This document shows, piece by piece, positions 7,716 to 16,695 of a stretch of DNA of 32,000 nucleotides (position 1 is its first letter; each line of letters starts with the position of its first letter). This DNA is from Methylorubrum extorquens (GTDB lineage Bacteria; Pseudomonadota; Alphaproteobacteria; Rhizobiales; Beijerinckiaceae), in assembly GCA_900234795.1 (NCBI GenBank), contig LT962688.1:3990001-4022000 (forward strand). Direction: 5' to 3'. A program made the translations under genes and the position numbers. The notes beneath the pieces were generated by a model. The model saw only the letters and a list, made by a program, of their open reading frames with translations, had not been told where the DNA came from and did not search any database.

Positions 7716-9278
7716 CTAATGATGCCCGGCCATGTGGCGGCCGATCACCCCGGCCTCCGCCGCGGCGGCCGGCGTTTCGTAGACGAGGCGTCCGTCCGAC
7801 ATCACGCAAATGCGGTCCGACAGTTCGAGAATCTCGTCGAGATCCTCGCTGATCAGCAGCACGGCGGCGCCGGCGTTCCGCGCCGCCACGATGCGGGAGC
7901 GGATCTCGGCGACCGCCGCGAAATCGAGGCCGAAGCAGGGATTGACGACGATCAGGAGATCGACCGGGTCGGTGAGTTCGCGCGCGAGCACGGCGCGCTG
8001 CACGTTGCCGCCCGAGAGCGTGGCGATCGGCGCCTCCGAGGAGGCGGTCTTGACCTTGAAGCGGGCGATCAAATCCTTCGCCCGCCGGCTCATGGCGCGC
8101 CGGTCGAGCCAGAGGGTCGGGGCACCGGCGGGATCGTCGCCGCGCCGGTCGAAGGCGCGGAAGGCGAGGTTTTCGGCCACCGACATCCGCGGCGCGCAGG
8201 CATTGCGCAGGGGCTCTTCGGGGATGAAACGCACCCGGTGCCGGCGGCTCTGCGCCCGCGTGCCGCGATAGGGCTCGCCCTGCACCACGACGCGCCCGCC
8301 CGTCGCGCGGATCTGGCCGCCGAGCACGTCAGCGAGTTCCTTCTGCCCGTTGCCGGAGACGCCGGCGATGCCGACGATCTCGTGGGCGCGCACGCGCAGA
8401 TCCGCGACATCGATCCGCCGCAGGCCGGAAGTGTCGGTGGCGGTCAGGCCGTCCACCCGCAGGATCTCGCGGGCCGGGTCGGGCTCGCCGACCCGCGCAG
8501 CGATCGTCCGCACGGCACGCTCGCCCACCATCATCGCAGCCATGTCGTCCCGCGATAGCGCGCCGACCGCGCCGCCGCCGACGAGCCGCCCACGCCGCAG
8601 GACGCTGAGGCTGCGGGCGAAGGCTTCGACCTCGCGGAACTTGTGGCTGATCATCAGCACCGTGAGCGCGCCCGCGTCCGCCATGCCGCGCAGCAGGCCC
8701 AGCACCTCCTCGGCCTCCGCCGGCGTCAGCACGGAAGTCGGCTCGTCGAGGATCAGGAACCGGGCCTTGAGGTAGAGCTGCTTGACGATCTCAAGCTTCT
8801 GCCGCTCGCCGGCCGCGAGTTCCGCCACCGGCCGGTCGAGGTTCAGCCGGAACGGCATCCGGGCCATGAAGCCGGCGAGCGCCGCGCGCTCGGCCTTCCA
8901 GTCGAGGATGGCGGGGGCGTCGGCCCGGCCGATGACCAGGTTCTCGGCACCGGTCAGCGACGGCACCAGGGTGAAGTGCTGGTAGACCATGCCGAGGCCG
9001 CGCCCCTGCGCGCCCTTCGGCCCGGTGATCTCGGCCTCGCGGCCATCGACGAGCACCGAGCCGGCGGTGGGCGCGTAGAAGCCCATCACGCATTTGACGA
9101 AGGTCGACTTGCCCGCGCCGTTCTCGCCGAGCAGGGCGTGGAAGCCGCCGGCCTCGATCTTCATCGAGACGTCGTCGAGGGCGGTGAAGCCGCCGAAGCG
9201 CTTCGTCATGCCGACGGTCTCGACCGCAAGGGCGCCGGAGTGGGCGCCGGATGGGACGGGGTGCGCGGAAGCCGCCAT
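7716..9278 (-). CDS. ABC transporter ATP-binding protein, tandem two-domain type (BMP/nucleoside-sugar class), system B
   Basis: 520 aa. First domain: Walker A GENGAGKST, LSAGERQKLEI, ILDEPTS. Second domain: GIAGVSGNGQ, LSGGNVQR. Start ATG 9278 lies 7 nt after the upstream stop. Confidence 0.9.
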   Translation of the reverse strand: MAASAHPVPSGAHSGALAVETVGMTKRFGGFTALDDVSMKIEAGGFHALLGENGAGKSTFVKCVMGFYAPTAGSVLVDGREAEITGPKGAQGRGLGMVYQHFTLVPSLTGAENLVIGRADAPAILDWKAERAALAGFMARMPFRLNLDRPVAELAAGERQKLEIVKQLYLKARFLILDEPTSVLTPAEAEEVLGLLRGMADAGALTVLMISHKFREVEAFARSLSVLRRGRLVGGGAVGALSRDDMAAMMVGERAVRTIAARVGEPDPAREILRVDGLTATDTSGLRRIDVADLRVRAHEIVGIAGVSGNGQKELADVLGGQIRATGGRVVVQGEPYRGTRAQSRRHRVRFIPEEPLRNACAPRMSVAENLAFRAFDRRGDDPAGAPTLWLDRRAMSRRAKDLIARFKVKTASSEAPIATLSGGNVQRAVLARELTDPVDLLIVVNPCFGLDFAAVAEIRSRIVAARNAGAAVLLISEDLDEILELSDRICVMSDGRLVYETPAAAAEAGVIGRHMAGHH

Positions 9279-9285
9279 GGTTGTC

Positions 9286-10005
9286 TCAGCCCATCGCTGC
9301 CAGGATCGCCTCGGACGAGGCCACCGCGCCGAACACGCCGCCCTGCATCGTCACCATCTTCAGCGCCGCCTCGTGGTTGCCCCGGTCGGTGGCGGCGGTG
9401 CCGTCGGAGACGATCACGCATTCGAAGCCGCGGTCGTTGGCCTCGCGCATCGTGGTGTGGACGCAGACATCCGTGGTGATGCCGGTCAGGATCAGGTTGC
9501 GGATGCCGCGCGTGGCCAGGATCAGTTCGAGATCGGTGGCGCAGAACGAGCCTTTGCCCGGCTTGTCGATCACCGGCTCGTCCGGCAGTGGCGCCAGCTC
9601 CGGGATGATCTCCCAGCCCGGCTCGCCGCGCACCAGCACCCGCCCGCAGGGACCGGGATCGCCGATCCCCGCTCCGATCCGGCGCGAGCGCCAGCGCTTG
9701 TTGTCGGGAAGATCCGCGAGATCCGGCCGATGGCCCTCGCGGGTATGGATTACGGGGTAGCCGCTCTTCCGCGCGGCGGCGAGAAGCCGTGCGATCGGCT
9801 CGATCGGCGCGCGGGTCAGGGCGAGGTCGTAGCCCATGGCATCGACGTAGCCGCCCTTGCCGCAGAAATCGGTCTGCATGTCGATGATGACGAGGGCCGT
9901 GGTCTTCGGATTGAGCGAACCGTCATAGGGCCAAGGATAGGGCTCAGCAGCGACGAAGCGGCCGCTTTCGGCGGCAGCGGCGGAGGGGAACGGGATGACG
10001 CTCAT
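9286..10005 (-). CDS. Isochorismatase-like cysteine hydrolase, BiuH/TrtA-like (copy A)
   Basis: 239 aa. Asp-Lys-Cys triad contexts are [18 protein letters not shown] and [12 protein letters not shown]-terminal PYPWPYDG motif. ATGA start/stop overlap with the formamidase gene (10002-10005). Confidence 0.85.
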   Translation of the reverse strand: MSVIPFPSAAAAESGRFVAAEPYPWPYDGSLNPKTTALVIIDMQTDFCGKGGYVDAMGYDLALTRAPIEPIARLLAAARKSGYPVIHTREGHRPDLADLPDNKRWRSRRIGAGIGDPGPCGRVLVRGEPGWEIIPELAPLPDEPVIDKPGKGSFCATDLELILATRGIRNLILTGITTDVCVHTTMREANDRGFECVIVSDGTAATDRGNHEAALKMVTMQGGVFGAVASSEAILAAMG

Positions 10006-11030
10006 TCCGCCGCCTCCCGCGCGGCCGTCGTCTGGCCCTCACCGTAGGCGCGGGTCGGCTCTGGGAAGCCGCACGAGGTGCCATCGGTCACCTTCACCGT
10101 CTCCTCCCACGGCACGCGGTAACGGCCGGCGGCGAGGTCGTGCATGTAGGTGTAGGGGCAGTCGTTCGCGCCGCCCTTCACCGCCGTGTAGCCGCGGTGA
10201 CCGAGCTGGTAGATGTTGTTCTCGACGCCCCAATGCGCCCGCGCCTCGCGGACCAGATCCGGCCGCACCTCGGCGGTGATGATCTCGTCGACGCGACCCG
10301 TGGTGCTGTGGGCGATGACGGTGCCGTCGAAGTTGACGATCATGCCTTCGCCCATGGAGTCGAAGGTGCCGTCCGAGCCGCACATGCAGACATTGGCGGT
10401 CACCATCAGGTTGCAGAAGGCGTTCGACTGGTTGGTGAAGCGCCAGGATTCGCGGATCGGGGCGGTGTAGCCGGCCGTGCGGATCATGATCTCGGCGCCC
10501 TTGTAGGCGCATTCGCGCGCCATCTCGGGGAACATGCCGTCGTGGCAGATGATGAGGCCGATCTTGGCGCCCTTCGGGCCCTCGATCACCGGGATGCCGA
10601 GATCGCCGGGCTCCCAGGGCTCGACCGGCACCCAGGGATGCATCTTACGATAGTAGAGCTTCAACGCGCCGGTGTCGTCGATGATGAGGCCGGAATTGAA
10701 CGGATTGCCGTTCGGGTTGGCCTCCATGATCGAGAAGCAGCCCCAGATCCGGCTGTCGCGGCAGGCCTGTTTGAAGGCCGCGACCTCGGGGCCGTCGAGC
10801 GTGCACAGGATCTGAGGGTTGGTGTCCATCGACAGGCCGTGCAGGGCGTATTCGGGGAAGACGACGAGATCCATCGTCGCGAGGTTGGCGCGCGCCTTGG
10901 CGACCATCGCGACGATGCGGTCGGTCTGTGCCTTGAGGTCAGCCCTGGTGGCCACGTTCGGAAGCTGGAGCTGCACGAGGCCGAGCACGACGCCGTTCGG
11001 GGATTTGTTCAGTCCGCCGAGACCGTTCAT
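10002..11030 (-). CDS. amiF: Formamidase (AmiF-type aliphatic amidase, nitrilase superfamily)
   Basis: 342 aa. Glu-Lys-Cys triad contexts are [18 protein letters not shown] and [21 protein letters not shown]. The C-terminal [36 protein letters not shown] closely follows my recollection of Helicobacter AmiF, and fits it better than AmiE. AAGGAA Shine-Dalgarno (SD) sequence upstream of ATG 11030. Confidence 0.85.
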   Translation of the reverse strand: MNGLGGLNKSPNGVVLGLVQLQLPNVATRADLKAQTDRIVAMVAKARANLATMDLVVFPEYALHGLSMDTNPQILCTLDGPEVAAFKQACRDSRIWGCFSIMEANPNGNPFNSGLIIDDTGALKLYYRKMHPWVPVEPWEPGDLGIPVIEGPKGAKIGLIICHDGMFPEMARECAYKGAEIMIRTAGYTAPIRESWRFTNQSNAFCNLMVTANVCMCGSDGTFDSMGEGMIVNFDGTVIAHSTTGRVDEIITAEVRPDLVREARAHWGVENNIYQLGHRGYTAVKGGANDCPYTYMHDLAAGRYRVPWEETVKVTDGTSCGFPEPTRAYGEGQTTAAREAAE

Positions 11031-11039
11031 GGGGATTCC

Positions 11040-11960
11040 TTACTTCAGGGACAGCTCGCCCGGCGCGCCGGCCAGCGCCCGGTCGGGCGAGGAGGTGGCG
11101 ATCAGGAGCGCCAGGGTGAGGATGTAGGGAGCGGCGTAGAACAGGTAGTAGCCCTGCGAGATGCCGACCGATTGCAGGGCGGGCCCGAGTGCGCCGGCCC
11201 CCCCGAACATCAGGGCGGCGCCGAAGCAGGCGAGCGGGTTCCAGCGGGCGAAGATCACCAGCGCCACCGCCATCAGACCCTGCCCGGACGAGATGCCCTC
11301 GTTCCAGGAGCCGGGATAGTAGAGCGAGAGATAGGCGCCACCGATCCCGGCGAGCACGCCGCCCGCGGCGGTCGCCAGGAGCCGCACGCGGTCGACGTCG
11401 TATCCCATGGCCCGTGCCGCATCCGCGCTGTCGCCGACCACGCGCAGGATCAGGCCGGCCTTGGTGTTGCGGAACGCCCACCACAGCAACACCGCCAGCG
11501 CCGCGCCGGCCAGGAACAGCACGTTGACCCGCAACGCCGCCTGCACCTGCGGCAGGTCGGACCAGAAGCCGAAGGGAATCGCCGGCAGCGGCGGGGCCGA
11601 GGGCTGGATGAAGGGCTTTCCGAGGAAGAAGGCGAGGCCTGAGCCGAACAGCATCAGCGCGATGCCGATCGCCACGTCGTTGACGCGGGGGAAGCGGCAG
11701 ATGAAGCCGTGCAGCAGGCCGAAGGCGCCGCCCGCGAGCCCCGCGACCGCGACGCCCGCCCACGCGCTCCCGCTCAGCACGGCGGTGGCGTAGGCCGACA
11801 TCGCCCCGAAGACGAGGATGCCCTCCAGCCCGAGATTGATGCGTCCCGAGCGCTCGGTGATGGTCTCGCCGAGGCTCACGAACAGGAACGGCGTCGAGAC
11901 GCGGATCGCGCCGCCGACCACGGCGAGCAACACGGTCCCCAGGCCGAGATCGTCGCTCAT
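11040..11960 (-). CDS. ABC transporter permease (BMP/nucleoside-type, NupQ/YufQ-like), system B
   Basis: 306 aa, polytopic and hydrophobic. N-terminal VSTPFLFVSLGETITERSGRINLGLEG motif, typical of this permease family. Confidence 0.85.
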   Translation of the reverse strand: MSDDLGLGTVLLAVVGGAIRVSTPFLFVSLGETITERSGRINLGLEGILVFGAMSAYATAVLSGSAWAGVAVAGLAGGAFGLLHGFICRFPRVNDVAIGIALMLFGSGLAFFLGKPFIQPSAPPLPAIPFGFWSDLPQVQAALRVNVLFLAGAALAVLLWWAFRNTKAGLILRVVGDSADAARAMGYDVDRVRLLATAAGGVLAGIGGAYLSLYYPGSWNEGISSGQGLMAVALVIFARWNPLACFGAALMFGGAGALGPALQSVGISQGYYLFYAAPYILTLALLIATSSPDRALAGAPGELSLK

Positions 11961-11982
11961 TCCGTCGGCCCCCTACCGGCTC

Positions 11983-13140
11983 TCACGACACCGCTCCGCG
12001 CTTCTCGGCCCAGAGATGCGGGCTGAACAGCTTGAAGCGCCCGTAGAGCGTCTCGCTGACGAGCACGACGAGGAAGAGCAGCCCTTCGAGCACGAGCACC
12101 GTGGCGTCGGGCAGCTGCATCCGGCGCTGGATCAGGCCGTTCGAGGCCTCGATGCCGCCGAGCAGGAAGGCCACGGGCAGGATCGCGAGGGGATTGTGGC
12201 GGGCGAGGAAGGCGACGAGGATGCCGGTATAGCCGAAGCCCGCATTGAGCGAGGCGTTGGCGTTGCCGTGCACCGCCGCGACCTCGAAGAAGCCGGCCAG
12301 CGCCGCGCAGGCGCCGCCGAGCGCGGTGAAGCCGACGACGAGCCGCCCGACCGGCAAGCCCTGGATCTGTGCGGCCCGCACGTTGCCGCCCGCGATGCGC
12401 GCAGCAAAGCCGATCGTGGTGCGCTCGGTGAGCCCGTAAGCGGCCAGGCAGGCGAGAATGCCGATGCCGAGGCCCCAGTGAACCTCGAGGCCCGGCATGG
12501 GGCCGACCGCGAACGCCTCGCCGATCGGCCAGGTGGAGGGCTTGTTGAGGCTGCCCGCGTCGCGCAGCAGGCCCTCGATCAGATGGTTCGAGAGCGCGAT
12601 CGCGATGTAGGACATCAGCAGGCTGGCGATGGTCTCGTTGACGCCGCGATAGGCGCGCAGCGCGCCGACGGCGCCGATCCAGGCTGCCCCGGCCGCTGCC
12701 GCGGCGAGCGCCATCAGCGGCACCGCGAGCATCGGGGGAGAACCCTGAAGCGGCTGTGCCGCGGCCGCCGCGGCCACGCCTCCGAGCACGATCGCGCCCT
12801 CGCCGCCGATCACCACGAGTCCGAGCCGGGCGGGCAGCGCGACGCAGAGCGCGGCGAGGAGCAGGGGCGCGGCGCGCTGCAGGCTGTTCTGGAGGGCGAA
12901 GGGCGAGCCGAAGCCGCCGCGCCAGACGAGGTCGAGGAAGGCGAGCGGGCTCTTTCCGAGGGCGAGCAGGAAGAGGGAGAACAGCAGGAAGCCGGCGATG
13001 ACCGCTCCGACCGGGATCGCCAGGGCCTCGGCCCGGCGCGCGAGCCATGCCCGAGCCTGGAGCGAGGCCGGCGGATGGTCCGGGCCGCTCACGGCGCTCT
13101 CGACGAGCGGCAGCGCGGGGGCGGTGGTGTCAGCGGCCAT
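11983..13140 (-). CDS. ABC transporter permease (BMP/nucleoside-type, NupP/YufP-like), system B
   Basis: 385 aa, polytopic. Conserved ...LGLVVIGGEGAIVLGG... and ...TGILVAFLARHNPL... segments. It lies 22 nt upstream of the next permease gene. Confidence 0.85.
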   Translation of the reverse strand: MAADTTAPALPLVESAVSGPDHPPASLQARAWLARRAEALAIPVGAVIAGFLLFSLFLLALGKSPLAFLDLVWRGGFGSPFALQNSLQRAAPLLLAALCVALPARLGLVVIGGEGAIVLGGVAAAAAAQPLQGSPPMLAVPLMALAAAAAGAAWIGAVGALRAYRGVNETIASLLMSYIAIALSNHLIEGLLRDAGSLNKPSTWPIGEAFAVGPMPGLEVHWGLGIGILACLAAYGLTERTTIGFAARIAGGNVRAAQIQGLPVGRLVVGFTALGGACAALAGFFEVAAVHGNANASLNAGFGYTGILVAFLARHNPLAILPVAFLLGGIEASNGLIQRRMQLPDATVLVLEGLLFLVVLVSETLYGRFKLFSPHLWAEKRGAVS

Positions 13141-13313
13141 CGCTCAGTCCTCGCCCGCGGAGCGGCAGAAACCGTGCCAGGTCGACGCTCACCACCCCGC
13201 CCCGAAGCGCAGGCCCGTCCGCGCCGCGCGACGGCAGGACGGATGGTGCGCGGGAGCCGTTCTCGGGGGGAGCCCGGGATCCGCTTGCATCCGGCGGGAT
13301 GGCGGGAGCCGCA

Positions 13314-14453
13314 TCAGGCCGAGCCCTTCACGCCCTCGACGAGGTAGTTGGTCTTCTCCAGCTCGATCGCGTTCTCGGCGAACGCCTTGCCGGGGCCGGC
13401 GATCTCGTTGCCCTTGTTGTCCTTGAGCGGGCCCTTGATGATGGCGAAGCCGCCCTTCATCATCTCGGCCTTGACCGCGTCGGCGTTGCGGCGTGCTTCC
13501 TCGGACACCGCGGGCCCGTAGGGGCTCATCTTCACGAAGCCGTCCGGCAGGCCGCCGCGCACGAAGTTCGGGGGCGCCTTGCCCGCCTGCATGTCGGCGA
13601 CGAAGCCCTTGTAGATCGAGGCCCAGTTCCACTCGGCGCCGGTCAGGTACTTGTCCTTGGCGAGTGCCGATTGGTCGGCGTGGTAGCCGCAGACGAAGGC
13701 CCCGCGCCGCGCCGCGGTCTCGACCACGACCTTGGGACCGTCGACGTGGCAGGTGATCACGTCGGCGCCGCCGTCGATGAGCGCGTTGGTCGCCTCCGCC
13801 TCCTTGACCGCGAGCGACCACTCGCCGGTGAAGATCACCTGCAGGGTGATGGACGGATCGACGCTGCGCGCGCCGAGCAGGAAGCCGTTGACGTTGTTGA
13901 GCACCTGGGGGACCGGCTTGGCGGCGACGAAGCCGAGCCGCTTCGACTTCGAGGCGTGGGCGGCAACGATGCCGTTCAGGTACTGGCCTTGGGCGATGTA
14001 GCCGAAATACGAGCCGGCGTTCTTCGGGTTCGCCTCGGTCCAGAGGCCGCCGCAATGGCGGAACTGCACCTTCGGGTTCTTCTTGGCCTCGATCAGCACG
14101 TGCGGATCGAAGTAGCCAAAGGACGTCGGGAAGACGAGGCTCGCGCCGTCCAGGTTGATCATGCTCTCCATGGTCTTCTGGACGTCGGTGGTCTCGCGGA
14201 CGTTCTCCTCCTCGACGACTTGAAGGCCGGGGATCGCCTTAAGGGCGGCCGCACCTTGGGCGTGGGCTTGGTTGTAGCCGTAATCGTCCTTCGGCCCGAC
14301 ATAAATGAACCCGACGGTGAGCGGGCCGGCGGCCCGGGCGCGGCCGAAGGGCAGCGCGCCGAGCGAGAGGGCGGCCGCACCGCCGAGAAGATGTCTGCGG
14401 GAGAAAGGATGGGCTGACACGAGGCGTGATCCGTCTTTCCGGGCCGGCGGCAC
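13314..14453 (-). CDS. BMP-family ABC transporter substrate-binding protein with a twin-arginine-like signal
   Basis: ..HPFSRRHLLGGAAALSLGALPFGRARA/AGPLTVGFIYVGPKDDYGYNQAH... contains an SRRxLL Tat-type motif followed by the BMP N-terminal motif. The start is GTG 14453 or an internal GTG at 14420 (VSAHPFSRR). Confidence 0.85.
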   Translation of the reverse strand: MPPARKDGSRLVSAHPFSRRHLLGGAAALSLGALPFGRARAAGPLTVGFIYVGPKDDYGYNQAHAQGAAALKAIPGLQVVEEENVRETTDVQKTMESMINLDGASLVFPTSFGYFDPHVLIEAKKNPKVQFRHCGGLWTEANPKNAGSYFGYIAQGQYLNGIVAAHASKSKRLGFVAAKPVPQVLNNVNGFLLGARSVDPSITLQVIFTGEWSLAVKEAEATNALIDGGADVITCHVDGPKVVVETAARRGAFVCGYHADQSALAKDKYLTGAEWNWASIYKGFVADMQAGKAPPNFVRGGLPDGFVKMSPYGPAVSEEARRNADAVKAEMMKGGFAIIKGPLKDNKGNEIAGPGKAFAENAIELEKTNYLVEGVKGSA

Positions 14454-14618
14454 AGGCTTGGCAGAATTGATCCTGTTCCGTGCAGAGAAAAGATCAAAGT
14501 TTCGGCATCAGAATGCGGATCAACCGCCAGGGAAAACCCTGTCGAATCGGATGATGCGCCCAAAAAGACGTCCGCATATGCATGCTTTCGCGCCATCGAT
14601 CCCGCGTCGCTACGGTCC

Positions 14619-15545
14619 TCAACGGCTCGGAGCGAAGACGCGGCCGAGCGCTGCCGGTGCCAGCGAGCCGCCCCGACGCCGGCCGAGCGACAGCAGGACG
14701 AGGGCTAGGATGGTGGCGAGGTAGGGGACCGCCGAGAGCAACTGGCCGGGCAGGCCGAGACCCGCAGCCTGGGCGTGGAGCTGCAGCACGGTCGCCCCGC
14801 CGAAGAGCAGCGCGCCCGCGGCCACCCGCAGCGGCTGCCAGGAGGCGAAGACCACGAGCGCGAGCGCAATCCAGCCCCGCCCGGCCGTCATCGCCGGCGC
14901 CCAGAACGGCGTGTAGGCCAGCGACAGGTAAGCGCCCGCCAGCCCCGCGCAGGCGCCGCCGAACAGCACGGCGAGGAAGCGGACCTTGCGCACCTTGAGC
15001 CCGAGGGCGTGGGTCGCGGTGTGATCGTCGCCGATGGCGCGCAGGGTCAACCCGGCGCGGGTGCGCCAGAGGAACCACCACACCCCCGCGACGAGGAGGA
15101 GGGCCGCGTAGACGAAGGCGTCGTGTCCGAACAGCAGCCGCCCGATCCCGGGGAGGTCGGTGAGGCCGGGCAGGTGGAGATGAGGCGCCGGATCGCGCTT
15201 CATCCCGACATAGCCGGCGCCGACGAGGCCGGAGAGCCCCAGTCCGAGGATGGTCAGCGCCAGTCCCGAGGCGACTTGATTGGCCGCCAGCCCCACGGTG
15301 AGAATGCCGAAGAGCGCGGCGAGCAGCAGGCCCGCCCCAGCCCCGCCGAGGGCGCCGAGGGCGGTCGATCCAGTCTCGGTGGCGACGGCGAAGCCGGCGG
15401 CCGCGCCGAACACCATCATGCCCTCGACGCCGAGATTGAGCACGCCGGCGCGCTCCACGACGAGCTCGCCGACAGCGGCCAGGATCAACGGGGTGGCCGC
15501 CGCCAGCACCGTGACGAGCACCATTTGGACGATGTCGAGGCTCAT
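14619..15545 (-). CDS. ABC transporter permease (BMP/nucleoside-type), system A
   Basis: ATG at 15545 gives MSLDIVQMVLVTVLAAATPLILAAVGELVVERAGVLNLGVEG.. There is an ATGA overlap with the stop of the upstream permease (15542-15545). The 586-aa ORF in the track is a spurious upstream extension. Confidence 0.85.
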   Translation of the reverse strand: MSLDIVQMVLVTVLAAATPLILAAVGELVVERAGVLNLGVEGMMVFGAAAGFAVATETGSTALGALGGAGAGLLLAALFGILTVGLAANQVASGLALTILGLGLSGLVGAGYVGMKRDPAPHLHLPGLTDLPGIGRLLFGHDAFVYAALLLVAGVWWFLWRTRAGLTLRAIGDDHTATHALGLKVRKVRFLAVLFGGACAGLAGAYLSLAYTPFWAPAMTAGRGWIALALVVFASWQPLRVAAGALLFGGATVLQLHAQAAGLGLPGQLLSAVPYLATILALVLLSLGRRRGGSLAPAALGRVFAPSR

Positions 15546-16633
15546 GGTGTCACCCGTGTGCTCGCGCCGCCCGGCACGATCCGAACGTGGTAGCGCGTGA
15601 GCACGTCGGCCCCGAGCACGAGGCCGAGCAGCAGCCCTTGGAAGGCGCGGGTCAGATCGAGCGGCAGCTTCAGGTCGATCTGCGCCCCCTCCCCGCCGAT
15701 CGTCGTGAGCGCGATGACGAGCGCCGCAAGCAGGATGCCGGGCGGGCTGAGGCGCCCGAGAAATGCGACGATGATCGCGGTGAAACCGTAACCGGGAGAG
15801 ATCTCCGGCTGGAGCTGGCCAATCCGCCCGGCCACCTCGCAGATGCCGGCAAGACCCGCCGCACCGCCAGAGATCGCGAAGACCGAGAGCGTCAGCCGCG
15901 CGTCCGAGAAGCCGGCAAAGCGGGCTGCCCGCGGGCTCGCCCCGACGGCGCGCACCTCGAAGCCGAACAGGGTGCGCGCCAGGACGAGGGCCGCGAGCAC
16001 GATTGCCAGAAGGCTGATGAGCACGCCCGCATGGAGCGACTCGCCGTCCATCAGCAGCGGCAGCCGGGCGGCATCCTCGAAGCCGACGCTCTGCGGGAAG
16101 TTGTAGCCCTGCGGATCGCGCAAGGGGCCACGCACCATGTAGTCGAGCAGCAGCTGCGCGACGTAGACGAGCATCAGGCTGGTCAAGATTTCCGAGACGC
16201 CGAGCCTGACCCGCAGCAGCGCCGGGATCATCGCGTAGGCGATCCCGGCACAGGTGCCGGCGAGCAGCATCGCGGGTAGGATCCAGAAGGTGGGCCCCTG
16301 GAAACCGTGCGCGGCGACAGCGACCCAGCCGCCCGCGAGGCCGCCGGCCACGTACTGACCCTCCGCCCCGATGTTCCACAGGTTGGCGCGGTAGCAGAAG
16401 GCGAGACCGGTCGCGATCAGGGCCAGCGGCGCGGCCTTCAGCGCGACCTCCTGCAGCGACCAGACCTCGCTCAAGGGCGCGACGAAATAGGTGAGGAAGG
16501 CCTGTTCCGGCGCGACGCCGAGGGCCGCCACCGCAATCCCGCCGATCAGAACCGCGGCGAGGAAGGCGAGCGCGGGCGCGAGCAGGTCGAGCCAGGGTGA
16601 CCGGCGCGCGCGGGGGAGGAGATCAAGGCGCAT
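15542..16633 (-). CDS. ABC transporter permease (BMP/nucleoside-type), system A
   Basis: 363 aa, polytopic. Paralogous to 11983-13140 (..NIGAEGQYVAGG.., ..TAIIVAFLGRLSP..). Confidence 0.85.
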   Translation of the reverse strand: MRLDLLPRARRSPWLDLLAPALAFLAAVLIGGIAVAALGVAPEQAFLTYFVAPLSEVWSLQEVALKAAPLALIATGLAFCYRANLWNIGAEGQYVAGGLAGGWVAVAAHGFQGPTFWILPAMLLAGTCAGIAYAMIPALLRVRLGVSEILTSLMLVYVAQLLLDYMVRGPLRDPQGYNFPQSVGFEDAARLPLLMDGESLHAGVLISLLAIVLAALVLARTLFGFEVRAVGASPRAARFAGFSDARLTLSVFAISGGAAGLAGICEVAGRIGQLQPEISPGYGFTAIIVAFLGRLSPPGILLAALVIALTTIGGEGAQIDLKLPLDLTRAFQGLLLGLVLGADVLTRYHVRIVPGGASTRVTP

Positions 16634-16695
16634 CGCGCATCCCGTTCATTCCTGGCTCGCCTCTCGCACGTAGGGGGATTGGGTCCGGCAGGAGC

